Below are positions 18,854-28,245 of a stretch of 64,000 bases of DNA, one piece after another. The position numbers and the translations under genes were made by a program. The DNA lies in the IMG/VR virus record IMGVR_UViG_3300021959_006010, positions 186,001 through 250,000 of that record; one strand, written 5' to 3'. How positions within the stretch are numbered: position 1 is the stretch's first letter; the number at the start of each line of letters is the position of its first letter. The notes beneath the pieces are model-generated. The model saw nothing but the letters and a program-made list of their open reading frames with translations. It had not been told where the DNA came from and made no database searches.

Positions 18854-19246
18854 TTATTCGATTTCTTTTAAAAATATGTTTTTATGTTTGCTATTGGTTG
18901 ATAAAAATGTATTATTTTTAAATGTTGCCGTCTCTTCTAAGCCTACTATTATAGGAACAAAATCAAAATCTTTTTCTAATGTTGCTAATGGTACAGCTAT
19001 CTCTCTTTCTATTTCAAAATCGACAATCCATACATTTTGTTCTCCAGTAAATGACGATCCAAACTCTAAATTATCAATGTGTATAGATTTCTTTTGCGGA
19101 GGTTTAGGAATTATTGGATTATATCTTAAACTTAAAGTTTGTAAAAAACTCATATAATTTTGATGCTGACGGTATAGCTTGCTATCGTCTTCTCTTCTAG
19201 CATTTGTTTCTGTTATATCTACTAAAGAATAAAATTTATAATTCAT
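18854..19246 (-). CDS. Hypothetical protein
   Basis: 130-aa ORF immediately after a TAAATA promoter. Confidence 0.65.
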   Translation of the reverse strand: MNYKFYSLVDITETNARREDDSKLYRQHQNYMSFLQTLSLRYNPIIPKPPQKKSIHIDNLEFGSSFTGEQNVWIVDFEIEREIAVPLATLEKDFDFVPIIVGLEETATFKNNTFLSTNSKHKNIFLKEIE

Positions 19247-19265
19247 ACTGTATTTACAGAGATAA

Positions 19266-19293
19266 AAAAAGCGTCACTTAAAAAGTGACGCTT
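19266..19293 (-). terminator. Intrinsic terminator
   Basis: AAGCGTCACT-TTTT-AGTGACGCTT hairpin followed by a T-run on the minus strand. Confidence 0.75.
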
Positions 19294-19340
19294 CTGTGTG
19301 ACACCTTCCGTATCACGGTCCCTAAGGTAGTTAGGAATTA

Positions 19341-19616
19341 TTACTCAGTAAAGTCTGCTACTAGTGATACAGCTTGACCGATTGTTTCGCCGTCTGCATC
19401 GTCACCGCCTTGTAGAGCAACGTGCATTACTCCGCCGATTGCGCCTGCAATACCTGCGATTGTCCAACCGCCTGCGCCGGCTGCTGTTACAAGTGCTTGT
19501 AGAGCTGCTTCGTCAGCTACAACTGCGTCTGTAGCTACGATTTGTGTACGTGGACCTAAGCCAGAACCTGCGCGAGCTAGGTGGTTTTGTCCGATTGTTG
19601 CATATAAGTCTGCCAT
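19341..19616 (-). CDS. Small Ala/Gly-rich protein, probably an abundant virion component
   Basis: Strong AGGAGA RBS, own late-type promoter and terminator, biased codon use. Confidence 0.55.
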   Translation of the reverse strand: MADLYATIGQNHLARAGSGLGPRTQIVATDAVVADEAALQALVTAAGAGGWTIAGIAGAIGGVMHVALQGGDDADGETIGQAVSLVADFTE

Positions 19617-19710
19617 TTTCTTTCTCCTGTTTCTCTAATGACTAAGTTTACTACTCTGTAAACTGTTATACTATTATTTATATAAAAATATAAAAAAACT
19701 TTCTAATAGA

Positions 19711-20064
19711 TTATTTTTTGGCTCTTTTTCTTAAAGCCTTTAAAAGTTGTACAAACCCAGGTCCTGCTGTAACTATATCGTCAATTAATTCTATAACAGG
19801 CTGATATGCTTTAACCATAGAACTAGGAATACTTTTGCCTTCTTGTGCTAGATCTAGAAACTTTTTAATTAGCATTAGGTCTTTGCTGCCAGTAAGTAAT
19901 CTATAAAGTGCTAGATCTCTTGCTTCAACACGTTTAATTACCCTGTCAAGAGCTGCTTCGTCTAGTTGATCAATGTCAACTGACTCTAGCTCTTCTAAGA
20001 ACTGATCCATATCGTGATCAGTAATTAAATCCTCATCGTTAACAATAGATCTAATAAAGTCCAT
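19711..20064 (-). CDS. Hypothetical protein
   Basis: 117-aa ORF in an operon. Confidence 0.65.
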   Translation of the reverse strand: MDFIRSIVNDEDLITDHDMDQFLEELESVDIDQLDEAALDRVIKRVEARDLALYRLLTGSKDLMLIKKFLDLAQEGKSIPSSMVKAYQPVIELIDDIVTAGPGFVQLLKALRKRAKK

Positions 20065-20065
20065 A

Positions 20066-20455
20066 TTAGTTGCGTCTTGCTCTCATGTCTGCTTGACGTG
20101 CAATATCGTCATCGCTTGGTGCTCTATCCATATCGTCATCGTCATCTTCTGGTTCAGGATCTGCTACGCCAGCGCCTACTTCAGCATTTTGTACTTTGCC
20201 AATCAGTGCTTTAAATTCTTCTACGTCATAACCTGCATTTTTAAGTGCTTCTGCAGGACTTTTAGGTCCAAAGTTTGCACCTAGTCTCACAAGCTGGGTT
20301 GTAAGTTCGGCTGCTTTATTAAACTCTTCGTCATCCCATTTAATGCCACTCTTAGGTTCTAATGCTGAACGAATTTTGTGTGCCATTTGGATAAACGGAC
20401 GATGTTTTGGATCGATCTCCATTGATGCTTCAACGATTACTTCATTAATTTTCAT
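20066..20455 (-). CDS. Hypothetical protein with an MKINEV N-terminal motif
   Basis: ATGA overlap; acidic C-terminus. Confidence 0.65.
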   Translation of the reverse strand: MKINEVIVEASMEIDPKHRPFIQMAHKIRSALEPKSGIKWDDEEFNKAAELTTQLVRLGANFGPKSPAEALKNAGYDVEEFKALIGKVQNAEVGAGVADPEPEDDDDDMDRAPSDDDIARQADMRARRN

Positions 20456-21267
20456 TGTACTATCCTTTGTGTAAGTTCTTTAATTCTGTTTAAGTGTTTG
20501 TCTGCTAAACTTTCATTAGGTAGGCCTTTGCCTTCTTTTTCCATAGTGTCTAACCAAGGTTGGATTAATTCTTTGAAGTTAGGATCTTTCCTAAGTATTG
20601 CAATCATACTTTCTACTGTGTGCGTATCTGATTCTTTTGCATTTGGATCGCCTAATAAAATTTTAGCAATTTCATTCCAGTCTTTGGTAACTACAGCATC
20701 ACCATTATTAGGATCAACAAGTCCAAACTTAGGACTCATTTTATATCCTCTACCTCTTGCTAAACTAGAAAGCAATACTGCTCTGTCTGCGCCACTATAG
20801 TTTTTTGTACCTCCACGCTTTGCACCACGTTGGTAATCAGGATCATCTGTAAGCATAAAGTCTACTTGTACGTAACCGTCATAGCCAACAATAGGCATGC
20901 GGAAGTGTACTTGATCACCGGCACTATGTATCCAGCCCCCTTTAAACTTACGACCTACATTCATTATTTCGTTATCTGGGATGCCTTGTTTTTTGCACCA
21001 TGCAGTAAGTTTTGCAATCAACTCGTCTTTACTTATTTTGTTTAGATCAGTGTTTAAATCTAAGTCGCCGGACGAGTTTAGTTCAAATGATCCGTCTGGA
21101 TCTACCTTCTTGCCTGTTGTACCTAGCATGTCATCGTCAACAAATTCTAAACCTATAATCTTTTCAATCGCAGCGACCGTAGGTCTTACCTTTGGAGTAG
21201 CAATGCGAGTAGTTAAAGGATTTGCATCTTTGTCCTTAAAAACATTTCCACCTTCTTTAAGAATCAT
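20452..21267 (-). CDS. Nucleotidyltransferase-like fold protein
   Basis: LGTTGKK...SSGDLDLNTD (G-x-DxD) and VQVDFM resemble the pol-beta NTase pattern. Confidence 0.5.
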   Translation of the reverse strand: MILKEGGNVFKDKDANPLTTRIATPKVRPTVAAIEKIIGLEFVDDDMLGTTGKKVDPDGSFELNSSGDLDLNTDLNKISKDELIAKLTAWCKKQGIPDNEIMNVGRKFKGGWIHSAGDQVHFRMPIVGYDGYVQVDFMLTDDPDYQRGAKRGGTKNYSGADRAVLLSSLARGRGYKMSPKFGLVDPNNGDAVVTKDWNEIAKILLGDPNAKESDTHTVESMIAILRKDPNFKELIQPWLDTMEKEGKGLPNESLADKHLNRIKELTQRIVQ

Positions 21268-21517
21268 TTTTCTTACTCTCTATTACTTTTTGCATCGAAC
21301 GGCGGAATTTTTTAGGGTCGCCGTTTTTAATTGAATTAATAAATCTTCTTTCGAGTTCAAGAGCAGTTGTATCATCATAAACATCATTGATACGATTGAG
21401 TAGATTTATTGCACTCTCAATAATATTATTAGCTGTTGCTTCGATTAATAAATCGTTGTCGCGAGCTTTGTTCAGACTGTTTAGTTCTTCTAAAATACTT
21501 CTTGTACGTTTTCTCAT
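21257..21517 (-). CDS. Hypothetical protein
   Basis: 86-aa ORF after a late-type promoter. Confidence 0.65.
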   Translation of the reverse strand: MRKRTRSILEELNSLNKARDNDLLIEATANNIIESAINLLNRINDVYDDTTALELERRFINSIKNGDPKKFRRSMQKVIESKKNDS

Positions 21518-21634
21518 GGTTTAATTTCCTTACATGTATTTAGTGTAGAAAAACCAAAGGTGGGATAAAAAAATAGGAGGCTAACCGTGGCCTCCTGCGT
21601 GTGTGTTACGGCACAACCCGGTAGTATCTACTTC

Positions 21635-22183
21635 TTAATCTATCATTACTTCTTCTTTATCAAGATAAGCGATACAATTTTCTGGAGTTGATTCGATATA
21701 GGGATCTTCATCTAGTCCGTCGTTGTTGATGCCAGGTTCCTGCCACCACTTCTCCACAACACCGTCGTTGATGATAGCCATAAAGCGCCAACTTCGATTT
21801 CCAAACCCTAAATGGTTCTTACCGATCAACATGCCCAAGTAACGAGTCATGTTTCCCGAACCGTCTGGAATAACTTTAACACGTTCGATACACTGTGCTT
21901 TAGCCCATGCATTCATAACAAACGCATCGTTAACACTCATGCAGTAAACTTCGTCAATATTAAAGCCTTTAATCTTATTATAATTTTCTTCAAAGCCTGG
22001 AAGTTGATAAGTTGAACAAGTAGGCGTAAATGCACCTGGCAAGCTAAACAATACAACTCTTTTACCTTTAAAGTAATCATCAGTAGTCTTGTCTTCCCAA
22101 CGGAAAGGATTTGGACCTTCGATACTATCGTCACGTACTCGTGTTTTAAATGTTACCTGAGGTAACTTAAATCCTTCAATCAT
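21635..22183 (-). CDS. Peroxiredoxin (PRX5-like/Redoxin)
   Basis: FSLPGAFTPTCS, SVNDAFVMNAW and RSWR motifs. Confidence 0.92.
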   Translation of the reverse strand: MIEGFKLPQVTFKTRVRDDSIEGPNPFRWEDKTTDDYFKGKRVVLFSLPGAFTPTCSTYQLPGFEENYNKIKGFNIDEVYCMSVNDAFVMNAWAKAQCIERVKVIPDGSGNMTRYLGMLIGKNHLGFGNRSWRFMAIINDGVVEKWWQEPGINNDGLDEDPYIESTPENCIAYLDKEEVMID

Positions 22184-22221
22184 AAATTTCTCCTGTGTCT
22201 GACTGTGTTTTAGATTTTTAT

Positions 22222-23181
22222 TTATACAAACAAACTGCTAACAGATTCTTCGTTTGTAATTCTTCGTATTGCTTCTCCAACTAAAGGAGCAATACTAACT
22301 TGTCTTGTCTTCTTGCAATTCTTAGGACAACGATCGGCAATACTGTCTGTTACTACAAGTTCGTCAAGAACACTTTTTTCTACTTTTTGACATGCTTCTC
22401 CTGACAATACACCGTGTGTAATATAAGCACGAACACTAAGAGCACCTGCATCCATAATTGCTTGTGCTGCCTTACATAGTGTACCTCCAGAGTCAACAAT
22501 ATCATCAACTAGAATTGCATGTTTTCCTTTGACATCTCCGATAAGATTCATTACTTCTGATTTACCTGCTTCAGGACGCATTTTATCTACGATAGCAATG
22601 TCTCCGTTGAACATATCTGCAAACTTTCTAGCACGTACTGCGCCACCTGCATCGGGTGATACAAATACTGTACTTTGTTGATTGATATCTGGATCGTCAA
22701 GAATACCAATTGATCGCTTGATGTCTTTTGCAAACACCACACGACTTGTTAAATCGTCTACTGGTATGTCAAAGAAACCTTGTATCTGACCTGCGTGTAG
22801 ATCCATTGTAAGAATCCTATCAGCGCCTGCTGTTGTGATTAAGTTAGCAACCAACTTTGCTGTAATAGGTGTACGACTTGCACTTTTGCGGTCTTGTCGT
22901 GCATATCCAAAGTATGGGATTACTGCTGTAATACGACTTGCACTGCTGCGTTTAGCAGCGTCGATCATAATCATTAGTTCCATTAGACTATCATTAACAG
23001 GAGTAGCCGTTGGCTGTATAATAAAAACATCTTCGCCGCGGATGTTTTCTAAAAACTCAACACTAGTTTCGCCGTCAGCAAATGTACTTACTTTTGCCGG
23101 AACTAGAGATGCAAAAGTGTGTTCTGCAATACTCTCTGCTAATTTCGGGTTAGCATTGCCCGCGATAATCTTCATTTTCAA
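22222..23181 (-). CDS. prs: Ribose-phosphate pyrophosphokinase
   Basis: [43 protein letters not shown] motifs. Confidence 0.95.
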   Translation of the reverse strand: MKMKIIAGNANPKLAESIAEHTFASLVPAKVSTFADGETSVEFLENIRGEDVFIIQPTATPVNDSLMELMIMIDAAKRSSASRITAVIPYFGYARQDRKSASRTPITAKLVANLITTAGADRILTMDLHAGQIQGFFDIPVDDLTSRVVFAKDIKRSIGILDDPDINQQSTVFVSPDAGGAVRARKFADMFNGDIAIVDKMRPEAGKSEVMNLIGDVKGKHAILVDDIVDSGGTLCKAAQAIMDAGALSVRAYITHGVLSGEACQKVEKSVLDELVVTDSIADRCPKNCKKTRQVSIAPLVGEAIRRITNEESVSSLFV

Positions 23182-23278
23182 TTGGTTTCCTCTCTGTCAG
23201 ATATCAAGTGTTTATATTAAAACATACTTTAGTTTAAAAGTCAAGAAAAAAGGGGCTCGTCGTTGCCCCTTTAGCTTA

Positions 23279-24235
23279 TTAAAGTCCGTTAGGAACAATA
23301 ATCCAATGTATTGCTAGAACCAGTGCAACTGATGCACCCAAGCCTACCATCATTTTACCAAAGTCTTTTGCTACTAGCGGAAACACTGCTTTTGTTTTCT
23401 TCTTGCCTGAGAACTGTGCAATAGCAAGTTCGCGTCCTGCAAGTAAACCTACGAACACCCAAGTTGTACTCATTGGAATGTCGTTTAGTTCTTTGAAGAA
23501 ATAAAGTGTTAACCAATAGAACAAGTCAATCAGTGTAGCACTTCTTACATAACGAGTGTTGTGTTTTTCAAGAACAATCTTTTGTATCTTGCCACCGTTC
23601 TCTCTAAACATAAAGAACAAACCTGCCACAAACACGACACTAATAAACAGCATCAAGTCTATGCTAAGTTCTCTTGGAAGGAACACTGCAATGTTTGCCA
23701 TATCGTGACTCAACCAAGTCCACCATAGTCCGGCAGTTGCTACCCATTGTGCTATTCGCCAATACGATTTATGTTCTTCCTTTACAGGCTTTGCTTCGTC
23801 TAGCCATTTGCTAACAAAGTACCATACTCCGTAAGCAAATAATGCCGCAATGCCGTAACCCATGATAGATTTCATCAACATCTTTTCCAGCACAAAGGTA
23901 CTTGCAAAAGCACTAAGCACTAGGAACGATGTCGATACCGGCACACCTACCCTTGTAAGTATAACAAGTATAAGTGGTGCCATTGCGTGATACCATTGCA
24001 CTTCTACAAACGGAATACGATTTAACCGTCCGTAAGAAATGTCACCATAGACAAAGTAGCCATACCACAATGCCCATAATAAAACCGCACTAGCTGCGGC
24101 CCAAAGTATTTTATAGTTGAATCTCTCATTGTTTGATGCAATCCAAGTACCGAGAGTTTGTACTGAATCGTTTGCTATAACCGCATAGGCGGCCAGTAAG
24201 AAGCCAACAAGACTCCATAGTGTAAAAGCGTCCAT
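23279..24235 (-). CDS. PiT-like (phosphate/anion) inner-membrane transporter
   Basis: About 8-10 TM helices; two PiT-like signatures (IANDSVQTLG and SHDMANIA); PVSTS and PMSTT repeats. Confidence 0.65.
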   Translation of the reverse strand: MDAFTLWSLVGFLLAAYAVIANDSVQTLGTWIASNNERFNYKILWAAASAVLLWALWYGYFVYGDISYGRLNRIPFVEVQWYHAMAPLILVILTRVGVPVSTSFLVLSAFASTFVLEKMLMKSIMGYGIAALFAYGVWYFVSKWLDEAKPVKEEHKSYWRIAQWVATAGLWWTWLSHDMANIAVFLPRELSIDLMLFISVVFVAGLFFMFRENGGKIQKIVLEKHNTRYVRSATLIDLFYWLTLYFFKELNDIPMSTTWVFVGLLAGRELAIAQFSGKKKTKAVFPLVAKDFGKMMVGLGASVALVLAIHWIIVPNGL

Positions 24236-24444
24236 TTTTTATCTCCTCGCTTGACGGCTTTACCCCGTCGCTCACTATTAAGACCGAGCTCGACGTCTGC
24301 TCGGCATTGTTATTTACATAATAATTTATAAATTAGTAGTTGTCAAGAACTAAATACTCTCGGCAAGATAAGTTCTCGACCTGAGTAGTTGGTAGCACAA
24401 CTCGCGCTCGCGTCACAAAGCATCATTACATTACGGAGAAAACA

Positions 24445-24618
24445 ATGACTAATTTAGCAAACCTAATAGGTCGTGTAATGATGACTGCGGTCAATATTCC
24501 ACGATCAAAAAAAGAAACAGTATCTGAACTACGCAAGTGGGCAGAAACAGAATACCGCAACGACAAGAGCTATGCTCTTGAATGTTTATTATCGGGTAAA
24601 AAAGTAGATATACAATAA
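24445..24618 (+). CDS. Hypothetical 57-aa protein
   Basis: GGAGA RBS, ATG at 24445 (MTNLANLIGRVMM...); below the ORF-track size cutoff. Confidence 0.6.
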   Translation: MTNLANLIGRVMMTAVNIPRSKKETVSELRKWAETEYRNDKSYALECLLSGKKVDIQ

Positions 24619-24865
24619 ATGCATAACGGCAATGCACAAATTAGTTGACTAAAATGGTTGATTTTTGTGCATTGCAATGCTACTTTAGTATAAATACTTT
24701 CGAAATAGGACAGTGATCCTGCACTATTTCAAATCTCCAAGAGCGTCTTCAGCTCTATAAAAATGACGAAGGGCATTTCCTATGCCTTAAAAAGGTAGCG
24801 CCGGGAGAGACCGGGGTCGTAACACCTACATTACACATACACATATAGAAACAGGAGAATGTAGC

Positions 24866-25114
24866 ATGACTACACTAATAATGACGGCTGACAAAATCGG
24901 CTTACACTCACTTGCAGAGTGGTTCAAAGACTTGCAAGAAAATCTAAGACGTGCAAAACTTGCTCGTCAAACAATCAAAGAACTTTCAGCTCTAAACGAT
25001 CGCGAACTAAAAGACATTGGTATTGCTCGTGGAGAGATTTGGAGTATTGCTCACGACTTTAGACATCTTAAAGATGCTGCTGAAGCAAATGTTAATCTAA
25101 GGGGGTGGGTATAA
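24866..25114 (+). CDS. DUF1127 (YjiS-like) small protein
   Basis: RQTIKELSALNDRELKDIGIARGEI matches the DUF1127 L..L.D..L.DIG..R pattern; AGGAGA RBS. Confidence 0.85.
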   Translation: MTTLIMTADKIGLHSLAEWFKDLQENLRRAKLARQTIKELSALNDRELKDIGIARGEIWSIAHDFRHLKDAAEANVNLRGWV

Positions 25115-25323
25115 TGGCTGTAGCATATAGACAACCAACTTTTAAAAATCCTCTTCCGTACATCTTCAAATGGATTAGTTCAGTTGCAATAGGTATCTTT
25201 GTAGGTATGATTGCAATAGGCGAAAATGCTGGTCGTGCAAGAGCGGCTGCTGAACTTGCTCGTTTAGGTTATATGGAAGAAGCAAAGCGTATTATGTTAA
25301 GACAGGACCAAGACAATGTCTAA
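25114..25323 (+). CDS. Small membrane protein
   Basis: TAATG overlap with the DUF1127 gene; one TM helix then RARAAAEL. Confidence 0.6.
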   Translation: MAVAYRQPTFKNPLPYIFKWISSVAIGIFVGMIAIGENAGRARAAAELARLGYMEEAKRIMLRQDQDNV

Positions 25324-25417
25324 TTTTATCAGAGGCACACTAACAATGTTAGGCGTATTCAGTATCCTTGCAGCATTACTTCTCGTAAACGGATTACATT
25401 ACGCAGGTGTATTATAA
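25316..25417 (+). CDS. 33-aa hydrophobic peptide
   Basis: AGGA RBS; MSNFIRGTLTMLGVFSILAALLLVNGLHYAGVL*. Confidence 0.45.
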   Translation: MSNFIRGTLTMLGVFSILAALLLVNGLHYAGVL

Positions 25418-25425
25418 GTATTGCT

Positions 25426-25608
25426 ATGGCAAAACCTAATACAAAATTTAATCTAAACGTAAGAGACTTAGAGCTGATTGAGTCAGCTCTATTCCTATTT
25501 CAAACAAATGCAGATGATGCGAGCAAACGTGAGATACAAGAACTTCGAGCAAAACTGCATCATCAAAAAGTTTGGTATAGACCAAAAAAAGATTATGTTA
25601 GTGGTTGA
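25426..25608 (+). CDS. Hypothetical protein
   Basis: 60-aa ORF continuing the operon. Confidence 0.6.
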   Translation: MAKPNTKFNLNVRDLELIESALFLFQTNADDASKREIQELRAKLHHQKVWYRPKKDYVSG

Positions 25609-25675
25609 CAAACACTAAATAATACGTTACATTAATAATGTAGCCAACTACACACATACACAGAAGGAGAATATT

Positions 25676-25990
25676 ATGAGCGTAGAAACAAAGTACGGCG
25701 AAACTATCTTGAAACAAACACAAGAGATTGCAGATATGTTCAAGCAAGCAATGCCAAAAGTCACAACAAATAAAAATGGATACGAAATCCGCACCAAGGT
25801 GCTAGAAATGGCACAAAACAATGTATGGCAAGATTACCACGCCAAACTAGGTGCGTTTGAAACTGCTGTTACTAAGGAAGGTGACGAAGTTGTAACTAAA
25901 GTGTCAATGCCAGAAGTACCAGGCGTTGATGCTGTAATGGAAGCAGCTGAGAAGTTTTACGATTTTGTAAACGGCAAAACTAATAAATAA
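25676..25990 (+). CDS. Hypothetical phage protein
   Basis: AAGGAGA RBS after a CA-rich leader; TAAATA promoter at ~25617. Confidence 0.7.
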   Translation: MSVETKYGETILKQTQEIADMFKQAMPKVTTNKNGYEIRTKVLEMAQNNVWQDYHAKLGAFETAVTKEGDEVVTKVSMPEVPGVDAVMEAAEKFYDFVNGKTNK

Positions 25991-26093
25991 AAGTACAATA
26001 ATAACTATTACCTTTTTAGGGCATAGCCCTTTATTATAATAATTTACAACAAGCAGCCCCTCGTTTAGTTCTACTAGGCGGGGGGTTAATCTT

Positions 26094-26855
26094 TTAAGGG
26101 CCGAGATTGTTAAGTTGGGTTTGATTGTCTTTTTCGTGTAGGATGCCTTCACAAAACACACCAATAAACTGTGTGCCTGCTGATCCTTTTAGTTGGAACT
26201 CAATGTCTGTGCATTCATCATATACAAACGGTAACTGTCTGTCAATGATCATCTGCTCAAGGAACTCTGTTTGAGCAACACGAAGGACAACACCAGTCTT
26301 TAGTCTAGCAACATTGCGGAAGGCCAGTGTTCTATTGTTGAGTGAGGCGCTGGCACAGAACGCTGATATACGAAGCAGAGCAAACTGATAGCCTCTTGGC
26401 ACGGTGTAGATACTTGCTTGATTCTTGCCTGTGCCTGCTAACATTTTAGCATAGGTAACAGTGTTGCCTGCGTTGGTTAATGTAATGTCATTGTTTGGAT
26501 CACCAAACGCTCCTCCTGGTGTAGCAATCGTAACCAAGTCATTTATTCTCAAGTATTGATTAGTTGTTGTCTGTGTCACAGGAGTTGCTGTTAGTGTGAT
26601 AGTTTCTTGTATCTCATCATAGTTCTCATCCAACCCTTTGATGAGGACGGTGTAGCCTGCGTCTGCTGTGTTCCAGCGTAGCGTCATTGTTTCAGCGGCT
26701 GTGGGATAGGTGTAGGCTGTTGCGTTCTCCCAGGCTGGGATAAAGGTTGTGCCTATAGAAGCATTGTAACCAAAGATGTTGCGTACTGAATTACCTTTGC
26801 TTTTGCCTAATGCAACAGCACTGTGCCAATCTATATAATTACGATTACTTGCCAA
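26094..26855 (-). CDS. Probable virion structural protein
   Basis: 253-aa Thr/Asn-rich beta protein in a minus-strand structural block. Confidence 0.55.
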   Translation of the reverse strand: MASNRNYIDWHSAVALGKSKGNSVRNIFGYNASIGTTFIPAWENATAYTYPTAAETMTLRWNTADAGYTVLIKGLDENYDEIQETITLTATPVTQTTTNQYLRINDLVTIATPGGAFGDPNNDITLTNAGNTVTYAKMLAGTGKNQASIYTVPRGYQFALLRISAFCASASLNNRTLAFRNVARLKTGVVLRVAQTEFLEQMIIDRQLPFVYDECTDIEFQLKGSAGTQFIGVFCEGILHEKDNQTQLNNLGP

Positions 26856-26858
26856 AGG

Positions 26859-27848
26859 TTATAGCCCCCATTTGTTTGATAGATAGTTTTCAACGTTAGC
26901 ATATTCTGTTGCACCAAGTACCCTACTAAACATGATAACTTCACCTACAAATCCTGTTAAGTTGCTTGTGCTTGGATCTCTTGCACCAATATAATAAGTG
27001 TCTGCTGTTGCTTGAGTTGATCCGCCTGCTACTGCTGTTGCTTCTTGCGTTTTATCTAATCTATAAGTTAAACTAGTATTAGCACCGTCGTATACTAGAG
27101 TATGGATGTGCCAGTTAGTATCAATCGGTGTCGTACCTGTAGCAGTGCCACCTGATACGTTTGCTGCAAAGTTAGTACCATTAGAGTAAATGCTTAACCC
27201 GCCTTCGTTAGTTGATCCAAAGTATTGTGTTCCTGTGGTTGTTACAAGAGCGCCTACAATAAAGATTGTAAATGCGTCAGCACTTGTTATTGCTGTAAAT
27301 GGATTGATGCTTAGATTGTCGTTGCCGTCAAACTCTAAATAGCCGTAGCCATTTTGCAGTACTGTATTTTCGTAACTAGGTTTGGCACTGCCGCCATTAG
27401 GATTGGCATTGTGGGCAAAGTTTGATTTATCAGTCCATTGTGTAATCTGTCCTTCGTCTGTAGCATTAGGTATATAGGTACTTAGGTCAGCACCGTCATA
27501 CCAAATCTGTAGGTCAGCAATACTTCCACCGTCAACTGATTCTTCAATACTTGTAGGCTCTGCAATAGCACCAACTGCAATCCAAGGACGCTTAGGTAGT
27601 AGTCCGCCTGTGTTTGGATTGTCATCTGCACCTGGAACATTTACATTATAGATATCCGGTAAACTTGTTATATCATATGTATTGTTTGGACGATATGCAA
27701 TAGCAGTATCATCATCAATTCCATTGTCACTCCAAGTGCCGCCACCTTCAGTAATAACTCTGCCTTTGCGTTTTGCCGCAGCAAGATCGAGTTTAGCAAG
27801 TTGTCTTGCATCTTTAGTTGGGATTGTTGATATACCGTTGGCTGCCAT
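26859..27848 (-). CDS. LamG/concanavalin-A-like domain virion protein
   Basis: LQIWYDGAD, QWTDKS, WHIHTLVYDG, GFVGEVIMFSRVL...VENYLSNKWG. Confidence 0.7.
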   Translation of the reverse strand: MAANGISTIPTKDARQLAKLDLAAAKRKGRVITEGGGTWSDNGIDDDTAIAYRPNNTYDITSLPDIYNVNVPGADDNPNTGGLLPKRPWIAVGAIAEPTSIEESVDGGSIADLQIWYDGADLSTYIPNATDEGQITQWTDKSNFAHNANPNGGSAKPSYENTVLQNGYGYLEFDGNDNLSINPFTAITSADAFTIFIVGALVTTTGTQYFGSTNEGGLSIYSNGTNFAANVSGGTATGTTPIDTNWHIHTLVYDGANTSLTYRLDKTQEATAVAGGSTQATADTYYIGARDPSTSNLTGFVGEVIMFSRVLGATEYANVENYLSNKWGL

Positions 27849-27923
27849 TGTCTATTCCTTAGCACTTGCAGTTTGAACCGCAGTTGCAATTTTCACATTT
27901 ACAATTTGTGTTATTACATTTCA

Positions 27924-28205
27924 TTATTCATATCCTCTCGGGTCTTTAATTCTAATATCTGCAGGGTCCTTAGGACCGTTTACTCCGCCGCCTGCAAGTG
28001 TTGTAACTGCGTCAACTGGAGCAACAACCTCATTTGGTGTGTTTGAATACTCGCCAAAACTATTTGCATCTAGCATTGCTAAGATTTGACGGAATCTATC
28101 GTTTGGTTCGTCATTTTGATGTATATGGACATCTGCCTTTACCTTTTGCTCATCTTCAGCATCAAGTATATCTAGAACAGCTCTTAATAGGTCTCTTGCA
28201 CTCAT
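27924..28205 (-). CDS. Hypothetical protein
   Basis: 93-aa ORF with GGAG RBS, divergent from hemA. Confidence 0.65.
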   Translation of the reverse strand: MSARDLLRAVLDILDAEDEQKVKADVHIHQNDEPNDRFRQILAMLDANSFGEYSNTPNEVVAPVDAVTTLAGGGVNGPKDPADIRIKDPRGYE

Positions 28206-28245
28206 ATGTTAAACTCCATTGTTACGTATTTAGTTAAATAGGATT

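Noticed and set aside
19294-19340. Possible small structured RNA after the 19341-19616 gene (CCGT-GAT-ACGG hairpin)
   Set aside because: Too short to distinguish from an ordinary 3'UTR or terminator-adjacent sequence.
22222-23181. Prs as the NARP1 ADPR-PP synthetase (anti-NAD-depletion)
   Set aside because: The sequence looks like a canonical host-type Prs, and no Namat/Nampt partner is visible in the window.
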